The notes under the pieces were generated by a model, which was not told where the DNA came from, searched no databases, and worked only from the letters and a program-made list of their open reading frames with translations. A stretch of DNA of 64,000 nt from a virus (Duplodnaviria > Caudoviricetes). Where the stretch lies: IMG/VR virus record IMGVR_UViG_3300028833_000066, one strand, 5' to 3'. The position numbers and the translations under genes were made by a program. The first letter of the stretch is position 1. Each line of letters starts with the position of its first letter. Below, piece after piece: positions 13,425-23,637 of the stretch.

Positions 13425-14933
13425 ATGCTAATTTAGGTAAAAATAACTAGAACGGAGAATGCTAATTTCTTCGGCTGTAACATTGATGATATTGTAGAAG
13501 TTGAATTTGAAGAATATGTCGCGGCAGTAGTGGCATCAGAGTTTGCTTCTGGCGGCCCAGAGGCACTAAAAGCCCAAGCAGTAGCCAGCCGCACATTCGC
13601 TATGGCGCGTGGAGTATTAGATGGTAAGCCAATTTCAGACGCCTCATCAAAGGCACAAGCTTATAGAGCCCCACGTTATAGTAATAAATATTAGAAATGC
13701 ATTGATGCGACTAAGGCAACGGCGGGCCAAGTACTATTTTATGGTGGCAAACCCGCTAATACAGTATTTTCCGCAAGTAATGGCGGCCATACTGTATCAA
13801 GCCAAGAACGTTGGGGCGGTGTAAGAGGTTATTTACTATCATATCCCGACCCTTGGGATGCGGCCGCAGGCACTGGAAAAACTGGACATGGTGTAGGTAT
13901 GAGCTAGCGGGGTGCTAAATATGCGGCCAGCCAAGGTTTTGATTATAGATAGATATTAGATTTTTATTATCCAAACACCACTCTTATGAGTGAATATGGA
14001 ACAACAGAGGTGAGGGTAATGAGTGAGAAAGCAAAGAAAGTTGTAGAACTTGCTAAAAGCTATCTAGGCTATCCATATGTATTCGGTGCGTGGGGTGAAG
14101 CTTGTACACCAGCTAATCGCAAACGCAGAGCAAGAAGTAATCATCCAACTATTATTAGTAAATGTTAGGTACTTAATGGTACAAAAGGTGGAGCATGCGA
14201 AAAATGTAAATGGAATGATACAAAAATATTTGATTGCCGCGGCTTTACATATGATTGTCTAAAAGAAGCTGGAGCCGTTACTTTAGCTGGCGGCGGATGC
14301 ACTTCGCAATATAATCATAATCCCAACTGGGTTTAGAAAGGCGAGATTAAAGATATGCCTAATGTTGTATGTTGTGTATTCCAATATAATAAATCAACTG
14401 GTAAAATGGCACATACTGGCTTACATATAGGCGATGGTGATATTATCCATTGTTCTGTAAATGTATAGACTGGTTCTGTATCTGATAAAGCTTGGACACA
14501 CTATGCTATTCCAGTTGGACTATATGATGATAAAGAAATTAAAAATGCCGGGGAGGTAAAAGTTATGAGAACAGTAAAGAAAGGTTCTAAGGGAACTGAT
14601 GTTCAGCAACTTCAAACTATGTTAAAAGCGTTAGGCTATGATTGCGGTTTAGCAGACGGTGCTTTTGGTACAAAAACTGACGCAGCCGTTCGTGCTTTCC
14701 AACAAAAGGAAGGCTTATTAGTAGATGGTATAGTCGGCAAGCAAACTTGGACTTTACTTGAAAGTAGAGTTAAGCCTGCGGATGAAAAGCCTGTAATTAT
14801 TGAAGAGCCTGACGATGATGACAATGACAATACATTGATTGAAGAAGAACTAAATAACATTAAAGTTTTATTAACAGAGCTAGCAAATAGAGTTGATAAA
14901 CTTGAAATGAAAATAAAAAATGAGGGAGCCTAA
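13425..14933 (+). CDS. Endolysin, 502 aa: SpoIID/LytB lytic transglycosylase + NlpC/P60 peptidase + peptidoglycan-binding domain (code 15)
   Basis: GAGGTG RBS; EEYVAAVVASE..EALKAQAVASRTFA; GHGVGMS-TAG-RGA..ILDFYYP; YVFGAWG..FDCRGF..HTGLHIG; GSKGTDVQQLQTML..DGIVGKQTW; 7 in-frame TAG. Confidence 0.9.
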
Positions 14934-14952
14934 TGGCTCCCTCTTTATTTTT
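14917..14952. terminator. Bidirectional intrinsic terminator between convergent genes
   Basis: GAGGGAGCC-TAAT-GGCTCCCTC flanked by A and T tracts. Confidence 0.75.
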
Positions 14953-15363
14953 TTACGCATTTAGATATGCTTCAATTTCCTTACCACGCCGATTCTGGTG
15001 ATATGCGGCCTTCTTATTGTAATGTAGTAATCGTTCTAGCACATCCTGCAGTCGGGTATCACACTGATTTACCAGATACATAACTCGTGTCATAAATGCA
15101 TGGTCATACTTACCCTTTGCACGATTAAAAGCTAGTAGACGGCCAATATGCTCGTCAAACATGTCATTAGGTGCACACTTAGCAATACCGACAAACTTAG
15201 TCGGCATCTTGCCATGTGTATATAGAACCCTACTCTGGCCAGGAGCAGAAATTACAATGTCGCTATTTTCAAGATAATCAAACGCATCCCACTCACTGCA
15301 CTCAATAGTGCAAACAACCGTCCGCTTTTCCCTATTCACATAATACTTAGCTTCGTACTTCAT
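14953..15363 (-). CDS. Hypothetical phage protein
   Basis: ORF track; GIAKCAPNDMFDEHIGRLLAFNRA motif common in phage proteins. Confidence 0.7.
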   Translation of the reverse strand: MKYEAKYYVNREKRTVVCTIECSEWDAFDYLENSDIVISAPGQSRVLYTHGKMPTKFVGIAKCAPNDMFDEHIGRLLAFNRAKGKYDHAFMTRVMYLVNQCDTRLQDVLERLLHYNKKAAYHQNRRGKEIEAYLNA

Positions 15364-15369
15364 TATTAA

Positions 15370-15681
15370 TTACTCCTTTTCAAGTTCCTTCTGCCAATAG
15401 GCAATATCTTCATTAAAATAATCATAAAGAATATTTACACGCTCTTCATGAGACAGCGACCAAAATTTATTAATGCTCGCCCTGTCATTAGTCTTGGCGT
15501 TATAAAAGAAATGATACTGCTCCATAGCTTCAACCACGGCCGCAGGATTAATGCGTGCGTAATGCTCACCACGCTCTTCAACAAGATTCCAAAAAGTAAA
15601 GGGCTCACCATCCCAGTTAATCGGTTTAGCATCATCGTCTCCGTAAGCAAAGATAGCATCTGCGCCCTCATTATAAAACAT
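15370..15681 (-). CDS. Hypothetical protein
   Basis: ORF with AAGGAG RBS, operon-packed. Confidence 0.65.
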   Translation of the reverse strand: MFYNEGADAIFAYGDDDAKPINWDGEPFTFWNLVEERGEHYARINPAAVVEAMEQYHFFYNAKTNDRASINKFWSLSHEERVNILYDYFNEDIAYWQKELEKE

Positions 15682-15698
15682 TTGTTAATTATCTCCTT

Positions 15699-16106
15699 TT
15701 AATCAATTACTTCGTCAGATTCAATTAGCTGACAGATTTTATCATAATTATCATCGAGTACTGCGGTAAAGTAGTGGTCACGATAGGTACAGTCAAATTC
15801 ATCATCCACAGAACAGATAAAAAGGTCCTTATGAGCTTCTTCCCATTCCTTGCCGCCGCAAGCAATGTAGTTGCTGTCTGGATCAGTTTCATCATAGCCA
15901 CCGCCGCACCGCGTATGAATATAAATTACATCGCGGCCGCAATAAGTTCTCCATAGTGCTGCCTGTGGCCCATCGCCTTCGCAACTTTCAGGCGTCTCAT
16001 AACGCATAAAACGCACACCACGAGGCCGAGGAATAGGGCCATAGTGCTCTTGAATATAATCATTTACACGTTCATTCTTGCTAAATGCATATGCGTAAAG
16101 ATCCAT
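15699..16106 (-). CDS. Hypothetical protein
   Basis: ORF with AAGGAG RBS; YIHTRCGGG..DDEFDCTY. Confidence 0.7.
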   Translation of the reverse strand: MDLYAYAFSKNERVNDYIQEHYGPIPRPRGVRFMRYETPESCEGDGPQAALWRTYCGRDVIYIHTRCGGGYDETDPDSNYIACGGKEWEEAHKDLFICSVDDEFDCTYRDHYFTAVLDDNYDKICQLIESDEVID

Positions 16107-16117
16107 ATTAGTTCTCC

Positions 16118-16537
16118 TTATACGAGTTTTAAATGATAATAACCATCAACATCGGTATAATGAATGTGTTTAATACCCATGTTTTTCAAATATTCCATAC
16201 AGGAAGGACAGGGTTTAGATGGCCCCAGTTTCCCATTCTTAAATTCACGATAAACATAAATATGAACTTTAGAAAAGTCCAAATCAAGAAATTTTAGCTT
16301 TTCTACGGTACGCAACTCACTATGTGATTTAGCGGGCAAGTATCGGTTGCCTACGTTCTTGTACCTGAAACGATTGTATCGCTCCTGCATAGGATGCGTT
16401 CTGTCACTGTTACATCCCTTAGCCAAAATAGTCCCTTTGTAAACGGCCACACACCCAATCTGAACGCCATTAGCTCCAGTGTAATCGGCATTCTTACTTG
16501 CTTTGCGTGCGGCCTTAAACAGGTGAGAGTCATTCAC
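16118..16537 (-). CDS. Cytidine/deoxycytidylate deaminase-family protein
   Basis: Zinc-binding HSE...PCPSC motifs; IGCVAVYKG..AKGCN. Confidence 0.8.
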   Translation of the reverse strand: MNDSHLFKAARKASKNADYTGANGVQIGCVAVYKGTILAKGCNSDRTHPMQERYNRFRYKNVGNRYLPAKSHSELRTVEKLKFLDLDFSKVHIYVYREFKNGKLGPSKPCPSCMEYLKNMGIKHIHYTDVDGYYHLKLV

Positions 16538-16693
16538 TTCTTCTTCTTCCTCTCTCTTTGTTCCTTATAAAACGAATGATGTCTACTCATATAGTTCTTG
16601 TATCTAGACTTCTTATATGACTTACGATACGGCACGAAAGTTCCCATTCCATCATTCCAAGCATATAAAATGATTCGACTCATAATTCCTCCA

Positions 16694-16954
16694 TCAGTCG
16701 TGATTTCTCTTATTATCCACCTTCGACCCTAGTACGTTTACGTTCTTCCCATACTCACTCTTTCCCTCACTTTCTGTATTTATTATACCAGAAATTTCAC
16801 CATAAGTCAAATCATTATATAATTCTAAAATTATATCTTCATAATTGGAGAATGGAGTAGAGCAAAAATAGCAAACCTCTGTAACAGAGGGTTGCCGCAT
16901 ACGACAATTAGAGCAAACATAGCCCGAATTATTTTTAATCAAGTAGCCATACAT
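16694..16954 (-). CDS. Zinc-ribbon protein
   Basis: CSNC...CYFC. Confidence 0.6.
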   Translation of the reverse strand: MYGYLIKNNSGYVCSNCRMRQPSVTEVCYFCSTPFSNYEDIILELYNDLTYGEISGIINTESEGKSEYGKNVNVLGSKVDNKRNHD

Positions 16955-17148
16955 ATTTTTTCATAATCCTTTTCGCCGCAAGTCGGGCAATTACACACAG
17001 CATAAACTTCATTATAAGCAGTTGACATCATATGGTATTCAGTTTCCTCGGCATTCCAAATACAGCCGCACCTATCACAGAAGAACTGAACAATGTGGCG
17101 TTCTTCACGATAAGCCGTACCACGGTCGCCCTCACGAATAATCTCCAT
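16939..17148 (-). CDS. Zinc-ribbon protein
   Basis: CDRC...CPTC; AGGAG RBS. Confidence 0.65.
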   Translation of the reverse strand: MEIIREGDRGTAYREERHIVQFFCDRCGCIWNAEETEYHMMSTAYNEVYAVCNCPTCGEKDYEKICMAT

Positions 17149-17159
17149 TTTTATTCTCC

Positions 17160-17495
17160 TTAATTATGGTCTACAAGACCGCTATCATAGCCAATGCTTC
17201 CAATTTCAGGATCAGCAACTAGTACAACATTAGCATAATGAGTAAGATAATACTTACCGCCGATTAGTACTTGAACGACATCGCTTTCATCATAATCACG
17301 CCACTGTGTAACATAGCCACTAGCAATTTCCTGCCCATCTAGTTTAATATAGGCATAGTTAAACGTTTGTACGTCTTTGCCATAAGTTACGCGATTACCA
17401 GTAGTATGCTCTTCGCATCCACATAGTAGAAATACAACGCCAACGCATATTGCCACAAATGATACAATAATAATTATTTTATCTCTGCGTTCCAT
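17160..17495 (-). CDS. Putative lipoprotein
   Basis: N-terminal hydrophobic stretch ending in an LLCGC lipobox-like motif. Confidence 0.65.
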   Translation of the reverse strand: MERRDKIIIIVSFVAICVGVVFLLCGCEEHTTGNRVTYGKDVQTFNYAYIKLDGQEIASGYVTQWRDYDESDVVQVLIGGKYYLTHYANVVLVADPEIGSIGYDSGLVDHN

Positions 17496-17692
17496 ATTAT
17501 CCTCCCTTAAAATGGAGCAGCCATAGTATGACTTTCAGCTTCAATAGTAATCCTTAAGTCACCGGCGGCCGCAGATTTACTAAAACGAGTCATAATAGAC
17601 TGAACAATTATACAAACGTAATATTCTGGTACATTCTTAGCCACAATTTCATGTTCACATTTAATAGTATAAGTATTTTCTTCCATATTAAT

Positions 17693-17911
17693 TTACCTCC
17701 AATCGCTATTATATGCCTCATATTTATCTAGCATGTCTTTGCAATTCACTTCATTAGTATATTTTGTCTCATCATCATCTTCAACCGAGGACCAATTGTA
17801 CTTAATACCATGGCCGCCGGTTGCCACTATTTCACAAGGACCGCATTTACTTACCGTCGGTGCCCATACGCGGCCGCACTGTGGACAAATCCAACCATAT
17901 CTATTATTCAT
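17693..17911 (-). CDS. Small Cys-rich hypothetical protein
   Basis: GWICPQCGRVWAP. Confidence 0.6.
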   Translation of the reverse strand: MNNRYGWICPQCGRVWAPTVSKCGPCEIVATGGHGIKYNWSSVEDDDETKYTNEVNCKDMLDKYEAYNSDWR

Positions 17912-18255
17912 TCTCCCATTTCCTCCATATAATATACGCCTTTACCATGCTCCTTAGCATACGCAATTTCCGATTTAGTTGACGCACCAATATAACCATC
18001 TTTGTTAATAACATAAATTGCATCCGCCATATCAATCTTTCTCTTATGAATGTCGTCGAGCATTTCTTTCTGCTCGTCTGTAAATACATCACCTGCGTGG
18101 CCAAAACATCCTACGCTAATTACAATACATCCTTTGAGTGTAAGAATGCGATTAGCTTCTTCAAAGTAAGGTTTGAAGCGGGTACTGCCGCATAAGGTAA
18201 TTACAGGGTATCCGTGTTCCCATTTTAAATCAACTGTGTGTTCAAGCATTGTCAT
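17908..18255 (-). CDS. Nucleoside deoxyribosyltransferase-like/DUF4406-like protein
   Basis: ITLCGSTRFK...HKRKIDMADAIYVINKDGYIGASTKSEIAYA. Confidence 0.65.
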   Translation of the reverse strand: MTMLEHTVDLKWEHGYPVITLCGSTRFKPYFEEANRILTLKGCIVISVGCFGHAGDVFTDEQKEMLDDIHKRKIDMADAIYVINKDGYIGASTKSEIAYAKEHGKGVYYMEEMGE

Positions 18256-18616
18256 ATAACGCCTCCCAATTTAATGCCGTGCCGCAAACATAACAATTTG
18301 ATGCGTGCCAGTTAACTTCAGTTTGACACACTGGGCAATAAAAAGTAGGGGTACACATAACTGTATTTTTTTCGCCATAATATCTAGAAATATCCATTTT
18401 GGGCCTTGCTGTACATCTAGCTTCTGGTATAGAATCTTCTTCAATTAAAGGGCAGTCAGACATACGACGATGTGCCGAATCAAAAGTGTATCCAGCAGAA
18501 TGGTGTGAAATCCGACAATAAGGATAGTCACCCATTTCATCACAAGCAAAACAATCATCGCAACACTGCGGTATTGGCTTATTAATTTTAATCATTACAG
18601 AACCCCCAACATTCAC
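18242..18616 (-). CDS. Cys-rich zinc-ribbon protein
   Basis: CCDDCFAC, CPVC, CYVC..ALNW. Confidence 0.6.
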   Translation of the reverse strand: MNVGGSVMIKINKPIPQCCDDCFACDEMGDYPYCRISHHSAGYTFDSAHRRMSDCPLIEEDSIPEARCTARPKMDISRYYGEKNTVMCTPTFYCPVCQTEVNWHASNCYVCGTALNWEALYDNA

Positions 18617-18827
18617 ATAATTTATCTAGTGTTCTAAAGTCACCGCACCAGTCTGAATCAGAATTGACGCAGACTTCGCCACTATACCATTTACAATTAG
18701 CACAAGATGCTCGTGGTGCATTTCTAATTGAATCTTCATAAGACTTCCAATGCTTTGGCGGCCGAAGCCATCCATCAGTTATACCCATAACTTCTATTAG
18801 TAATTCATCACGGTCAATCAGTTCCAT
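18588..18827 (-). CDS. Cys-rich hypothetical protein
   Basis: MELIDRDELL start; CANCKW. Confidence 0.55.
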   Translation of the reverse strand: MELIDRDELLIEVMGITDGWLRPPKHWKSYEDSIRNAPRASCANCKWYSGEVCVNSDSDWCGDFRTLDKLCECWGFCND

Positions 18828-19134
18828 TTTGTTTATCAATCTCCTGTAATAATACTTTAAGAGTGACTTCAAATCCTGCTTTTACAAGCCATTTATATTT
18901 TGATACCCACTGTTCATGTTCCATAATACTAGTAAAAAAATCTTCTAATTGTTTTTCTTCTTTATGTAATTCATTAAATAGTTTACATATAAGATGATAA
19001 TCTACAATTGTATTATTCTTTTTAAAATCATCAATCATTTGTAAAATTTTATCACAACGTTGCTGATAAGGAGTATAAGAATCAAAGTCTTCTAATTGTA
19101 CGACTTCATTATAAATTGCGTCTAAATCATTCAT
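18814..19134 (-). CDS. Hypothetical protein
   Basis: ORF track, operon-packed. Confidence 0.55.
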   Translation of the reverse strand: MNDLDAIYNEVVQLEDFDSYTPYQQRCDKILQMIDDFKKNNTIVDYHLICKLFNELHKEEKQLEDFFTSIMEHEQWVSKYKWLVKAGFEVTLKVLLQEIDKQNGTD

Positions 19135-19288
19135 TATTTTTCACCATTCTACAGTATTTTCTTTTTCCTTAAGATAAAGAATCGCAAGCCGCAAAATCTG
19201 TGTATCTACATTTGTAGTATCTAATCCATCTGGGCCTAATTCTGTATAGTTATTAATTTCATTTTCTAATATTTCGATAATTCTTTCT

Positions 19289-19489
19289 TTAGTTGGCATC
19301 TACATCAACATCCCACCCAAACTGTGCATTCATTTTTTCTTGAAAGAACAATGTATTTTCATCATCTGGCAGCGGCCTAAAATCATTATCTACATGAGAA
19401 CAGAATTTACCTAGCCACTTTATAATACGCTTACGCTCTTCATTTCGCTCTGTTAGCATAATAAACAGACAGTCCTTTGTATTATCCAT
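19289..19489 (-). CDS. Hypothetical protein
   Basis: ORF track with RBS. Confidence 0.55.
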   Translation of the reverse strand: MDNTKDCLFIMLTERNEERKRIIKWLGKFCSHVDNDFRPLPDDENTLFFQEKMNAQFGWDVDVDAN

Positions 19490-19500
19490 TTATTACTTCC

Positions 19501-19710
19501 TCAATCTAATCTTGCTTCCCAATCGGCATGTGCATAACCCACAAAGCCGCACGTGCACTCATATTGATACTGCGCGGGCCAAGAAGTTAGAACTATATCA
19601 GTTCTTTCAAATAATGGTTTGCCGCATTTAGGGCATTCAATATCTGTTCGTACCAAATTAGTAAAAGCAGATGTATTTGGATACATTTCTTTAAAATCTT
19701 CCCACTTCAT
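19501..19710 (-). CDS. Zinc-ribbon protein
   Basis: CPKCG...LTSWPAQYQYECTCG. Confidence 0.65.
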   Translation of the reverse strand: MKWEDFKEMYPNTSAFTNLVRTDIECPKCGKPLFERTDIVLTSWPAQYQYECTCGFVGYAHADWEARLD

Positions 19711-19966
19711 TCCAATTCAACCTCTGTCCACATGTATTACAAAAACGCTGACCATTCATAGCAAGAGCTTTACATTCCGGGCATAGAAATAGAAGAACCC
19801 CTTCACCCATATAAGCGTGGATTAGCGGCTTGGCGATACGCCGCCGAATAGATTCAATTGCTATCTTATATGCTTCAGTTACATTACTATAATCTATAAA
19901 CTCGTCCAGACAACGATTCTTTTCACTTTCCATAATTTTTTCCGCAACATTAAGTTCCATTTTCAT
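19691..19966 (-). CDS. Zinc-ribbon protein
   Basis: CPEC...FCNTCGQRLNW. Confidence 0.6.
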   Translation of the reverse strand: MKMELNVAEKIMESEKNRCLDEFIDYSNVTEAYKIAIESIRRRIAKPLIHAYMGEGVLLFLCPECKALAMNGQRFCNTCGQRLNWNEVGRF

Positions 19967-19974
19967 TCTCCTTA

Positions 19975-20520
19975 TTATTTCATTAACATAGAACGACACA
20001 CGCCGTGAAACTTCGCAAGCCCATCTGAACGAATTGTTTCAAGTAATTCAACAATCAGTTGCTCCGTCTCAGGGTGAAAGTGCCGTCCTTTTCTGACCTT
20101 ATTATAATAGTCCAGCGGCGCTTCTTGTGTCCACTTTTCGCCGCTGTATACCTTTCCGGCCCCAATCCAGTCACATACCATTTCAATTACATACTTGACT
20201 GGAATCTCATGCGGGAAGACTTCGCCTGTTTCATTATCATAATCACACCAATATTCCCAGTGGTGTTTGTTATGTGATTTGTGATGAAGCCAAGCATTAG
20301 AATACCCTACTGCTTCCTTTTCTGCTTCAATTGGGCTTCTGTCTCCTTGAAAATATCGCGCGGATGGTATAAATTCTGCTACACTAAATTTTGACAAATC
20401 ATGTACAACACCTTGCCACCAAATGCCGCACGCTTTACATTCCTGATAAACGACAGCCTTGTGCTTACAAATGGTCTTAAAATGTCTCCACGCCTTTCTG
20501 AAATCATTCATCCTTCTCAC
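19975..20520 (-). CDS. HD-domain-like protein (DUF5662-like)
   Basis: HK...HDLSKFS...AWLHHKSHNKHHWEYW...EMVCDWIGA. Confidence 0.75.
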   Translation of the reverse strand: MRRMNDFRKAWRHFKTICKHKAVVYQECKACGIWWQGVVHDLSKFSVAEFIPSARYFQGDRSPIEAEKEAVGYSNAWLHHKSHNKHHWEYWCDYDNETGEVFPHEIPVKYVIEMVCDWIGAGKVYSGEKWTQEAPLDYYNKVRKGRHFHPETEQLIVELLETIRSDGLAKFHGVCRSMLMK

Positions 20521-20812
20521 TCCTGTCTACAAAGTCTCCAATCTCCACGCTGTTATAATAGTCTTCCGTTACGTTCCACCATTCGCCGCCGTTTTCATTT
20601 TGAACATATATACGCCACATCTGCGGATGATGAATGTATCGGGGAATAATTCTTGTCTGTTTGTTCACAATCGTAATAAGCGGCGAATATACTTGCCGTG
20701 CCGGAGTATACTGCTTATCGGTAACTGTACCGTAATCAATACTACTTTTACATGCCGTTAAAAGTAATACGCAGATAGACAGGATAACGGCAATTATAAT
20801 CCTCTTCACCAT
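20504..20812 (-). CDS. Putative lipoprotein
   Basis: LLLTAC lipobox; similar to 21712-22056 (W.V....Y....IGD.V). Confidence 0.65.
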   Translation of the reverse strand: MVKRIIIAVILSICVLLLTACKSSIDYGTVTDKQYTPARQVYSPLITIVNKQTRIIPRYIHHPQMWRIYVQNENGGEWWNVTEDYYNSVEIGDFVDRSEKDE

Positions 20813-21102
20813 TTTATTTTCCTTCCACAAGTAGAGCAATATGTATCAAATCGACAAATCAAATCGCCGCAATTCCCACAAGTAGTTCCATTAACATTAT
20901 AATCTGGTTCCACAGGCTCTTTCAACTCACACACATCACACCAACGCTTTTGTGCCATACGAAGAATATCCTTGGCATCATACGACAACTTGCTCATCAT
21001 ACCTTGTGTGATCTCACATATCACAATCTGATACTGCGTTAAAGCATAATTAACGCCCTCTGGGGTCAGCCCATGATTCTCTGCAACTTCTTCAAGTGTC
21101 AT
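20806..21102 (-). CDS. Zinc-ribbon protein
   Basis: EPVEP...CGNCG..YCSTCGRKIKW. Confidence 0.6.
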   Translation of the reverse strand: MTLEEVAENHGLTPEGVNYALTQYQIVICEITQGMMSKLSYDAKDILRMAQKRWCDVCELKEPVEPDYNVNGTTCGNCGDLICRFDTYCSTCGRKIKW

Positions 21103-21382
21103 CCCACTTCACCTCCATCTTCGCACCGCAATATGGGCAGTACGGATATAGCGGAGCATCTTCATCCAGTTCATGCTCCGGTTGCCTTTTACATATGGAA
21201 CAATGACAATCATCATATGATGGATGTATCCAGAACGCTTTCTTCGGTATCACAGGCTCCTTCTCTTCCAGCAGTTCTTTTTTAAGACATCTCAATGCTA
21301 ATTCAGCTTTCCACTGCGGTTCTTCTTGTGCTTCCTTAATCATCTCGTCAATTAGTATTGAGATTTTTTCTTTATCAGTCAT
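21092..21382 (-). CDS. Zinc-ribbon protein
   Basis: CSIC...YCPYCGAKM. Confidence 0.6.
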   Translation of the reverse strand: MTDKEKISILIDEMIKEAQEEPQWKAELALRCLKKELLEEKEPVIPKKAFWIHPSYDDCHCSICKRQPEHELDEDAPLYPYCPYCGAKMEVKWDDT

Positions 21383-21388
21383 TCCACT

Positions 21389-21715
21389 TTACCACCTTTT
21401 CGCATCAGCACAGAACCAATCACCAGAAGTTTTCATCCCCTCTGATTCCAATTGGCAGTTAATTGGATCATGCCAGTATTTACAGTCCTTACACCGAACA
21501 ACAAGTTGTCTATCTTCAATAGCAATAGCGCAGTTTTCACAATTATCCCGCTCTTGGAGCAAAGTAAGGACATCATTAAATAAAAGCCGACTACATTGTT
21601 CATACGTCCAATAAGGACATAAATCGCCATTTATTATACAACCGTTCTTATGATGTATCATTCCTTTAATAACTCTTTCTCTATCGGGCATTCTGCTCAC
21701 CTTTCGTATCGTCAT
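21389..21715 (-). CDS. Cys-rich hypothetical protein
   Basis: VVRCKDCKYW...WFCADA. Confidence 0.6.
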   Translation of the reverse strand: MTIRKVSRMPDRERVIKGMIHHKNGCIINGDLCPYWTYEQCSRLLFNDVLTLLQERDNCENCAIAIEDRQLVVRCKDCKYWHDPINCQLESEGMKTSGDWFCADAKRW

Positions 21716-22056
21716 GGCTTAACTTCTTTTTTCTCCACCCAATCACCTATAGACATTGTTTCATATACAGTGTCTGACACATCCCATGTACCTACTATGC
21801 AGTCATTTGATTGAATCTTTATCCAACATGCGTATTGTCTCGCATAACGGCCCGGAGTATAGCGACCCATGTCAATAATCACGCCCTCCGTAATTAAGTC
21901 ACCGGATTCAGGCTCAGCCGCCCAAGAAATCAAGAGTATAAAGCCGCCAATTATAGCAATGAATACGATTGCCTCGCAGACTTTCTGCCAAAAATCGTTG
22001 TAATAGCACCATTCTTTGAACCGATACCATCGCGATGGTTTTTCATACTTCCACAT
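21712..22056 (-). CDS. Membrane-anchored hypothetical protein
   Basis: One TM segment (AIVFIAIIGGFILLISWAA). Confidence 0.6.
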   Translation of the reverse strand: MWKYEKPSRWYRFKEWCYYNDFWQKVCEAIVFIAIIGGFILLISWAAEPESGDLITEGVIIDMGRYTPGRYARQYACWIKIQSNDCIVGTWDVSDTVYETMSIGDWVEKKEVKP

Positions 22057-22378
22057 TCCATTTTACCGCCTTTCCGCAATTTGGGCAGTAATTGTACTGT
22101 CCATGGAACAGCACATTATCACCGAGCATTTCCTGATGTTCCAGACGGTAACCGCAGTTTCCGCACTTCCATGTGTCTATATCCATTACAGGCTCCACAG
22201 GTTCTTGCTCCCGGAAATAGTGTTCTACTGCCTGCTTTACTCTAAATGATGAGATTAATTTGCTCCCATTTGTATATACATAGTCACTATCTTCAAAACT
22301 ATAGTCATCAATGAAATCCATAATGTTATCAGGGAAACTCATACAATCAGACATCCTCGCGCACCTCATCACATCCAA
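22043..22378 (-). CDS. Zinc-ribbon protein
   Basis: EQEPVEP..CGNCG..YCPNCGKAVKW. Confidence 0.6.
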   Translation of the reverse strand: MDVMRCARMSDCMSFPDNIMDFIDDYSFEDSDYVYTNGSKLISSFRVKQAVEHYFREQEPVEPVMDIDTWKCGNCGYRLEHQEMLGDNVLFHGQYNYCPNCGKAVKWNVEV

Positions 22379-22628
22379 GCAACACCTTTAGAGAGCTCAT
22401 CAAATTTGAAATAGCATCTTGTTTTCTCTTTGGCATTACTTCCAAATATTTGTTTGTCAGTATGTATGGACACCACTTAGGAGGGTTTTTGTCCAAATCT
22501 ACTATGAACGATCTAATATCCAATTGCTTCCAGTCTTCTGGTATCGCCGGATTCGTGCATACCGGAACATCAAACACTCGTTTCGCATAAAAGCATTCTC
22601 CACAATTATTTGGAACCTTCAACCTCAT
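22347..22628 (-). CDS. Cys-rich hypothetical protein
   Basis: PNNCGECF..PKWCP. Confidence 0.55.
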   Translation of the reverse strand: MRLKVPNNCGECFYAKRVFDVPVCTNPAIPEDWKQLDIRSFIVDLDKNPPKWCPYILTNKYLEVMPKRKQDAISNLMSSLKVLLGCDEVREDV

Positions 22629-22763
22629 CCCACTTATCTCCTTCGGTTTTTCAAATGTCCCGCTCAGTTTTTAAACATCCACACAATCAATGCTACAATC
22701 GCCACTGCACAAGCCAACATTATAATCGTAAACATGATCGGGCCGACCCAATTATTGAACCAA

Positions 22764-23105
22764 TCAGGCATCGCCACTTACCTCCGTATCTTTCAACGTC
22801 CAGCAATTTACATGCTCAACTTCAATGCATTTTGTGTTCCATGGTCCCGCAGAATCATGAATGTACTCTTCCCATAGTTTATAAGCACAATCCGGCGAAC
22901 AGGCATCAAAGTGCTCGTAGCTATCCACGCTATCATTTCCCCAATCATTATGATGCGTTGTGACTTCATAATAGTCATAAATTGGCTCTCCACATTTGTG
23001 CGGATTGGTAGTCGGCAGAATCTCTTTTCCACAAACATCGCATTTCTTACCAACAATACATTCCCGCATAACAACAATCTTCTTGGCCTCAATTACGTCT
23101 GACAT
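22764..23105 (-). CDS. Hypothetical protein
   Basis: CDVCG...HHNDWGNDSVDS..CSPDC. Confidence 0.65.
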   Translation of the reverse strand: MSDVIEAKKIVVMRECIVGKKCDVCGKEILPTTNPHKCGEPIYDYYEVTTHHNDWGNDSVDSYEHFDACSPDCAYKLWEEYIHDSAGPWNTKCIEVEHVNCWTLKDTEVSGDA

Positions 23106-23108
23106 CGT

Positions 23109-23348
23109 TTAATCCTCCAGCTTATTCCACTTTACCGCCTGTCCACATTCATTACAGTAATGATAATAGCTTTTACATATAGCACCGCATTGTGGACAAC
23201 AGAGTTCTCCATTACATAGCCACATTTTCTGCGGCGTTGCAAAAAGAGTAATTTCATCATATAATGTTGAATAAGCAAAATGTGTTAATTCATCAATATT
23301 ATGAAGCGTATTTAATACATCAAAAATTGTCTCAATATTTGTGCCCAT
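23109..23348 (-). CDS. Zinc-ribbon protein
   Basis: CPQCG..YCNECGQAVKW. Confidence 0.6.
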   Translation of the reverse strand: MGTNIETIFDVLNTLHNIDELTHFAYSTLYDEITLFATPQKMWLCNGELCCPQCGAICKSYYHYCNECGQAVKWNKLED

Positions 23349-23637
23349 ATTAATACTCCCAATCATATTCTTTTTCAAAACGTATACCGCAAGTAGAGCA
23401 ACCAAAGCCTATGCGGTCGCAGTCTTCGCATTCTTCATGATTTTTGGCATTTACAATATTCATGAAGAAAGTATAAGAACCACATTTTTCAGGTGGATTA
23501 ATTTCACAAGCGACAGAAGAATATTTATCACATATTGCGGCCAAAGGACACAACATTTTTTATCACTCCGTTGTAATTTATAGTATAAGTAATGTCAGTT
23601 CGCTACCTCTATAAGTTTCACTTGCCTATGGCCGCAC

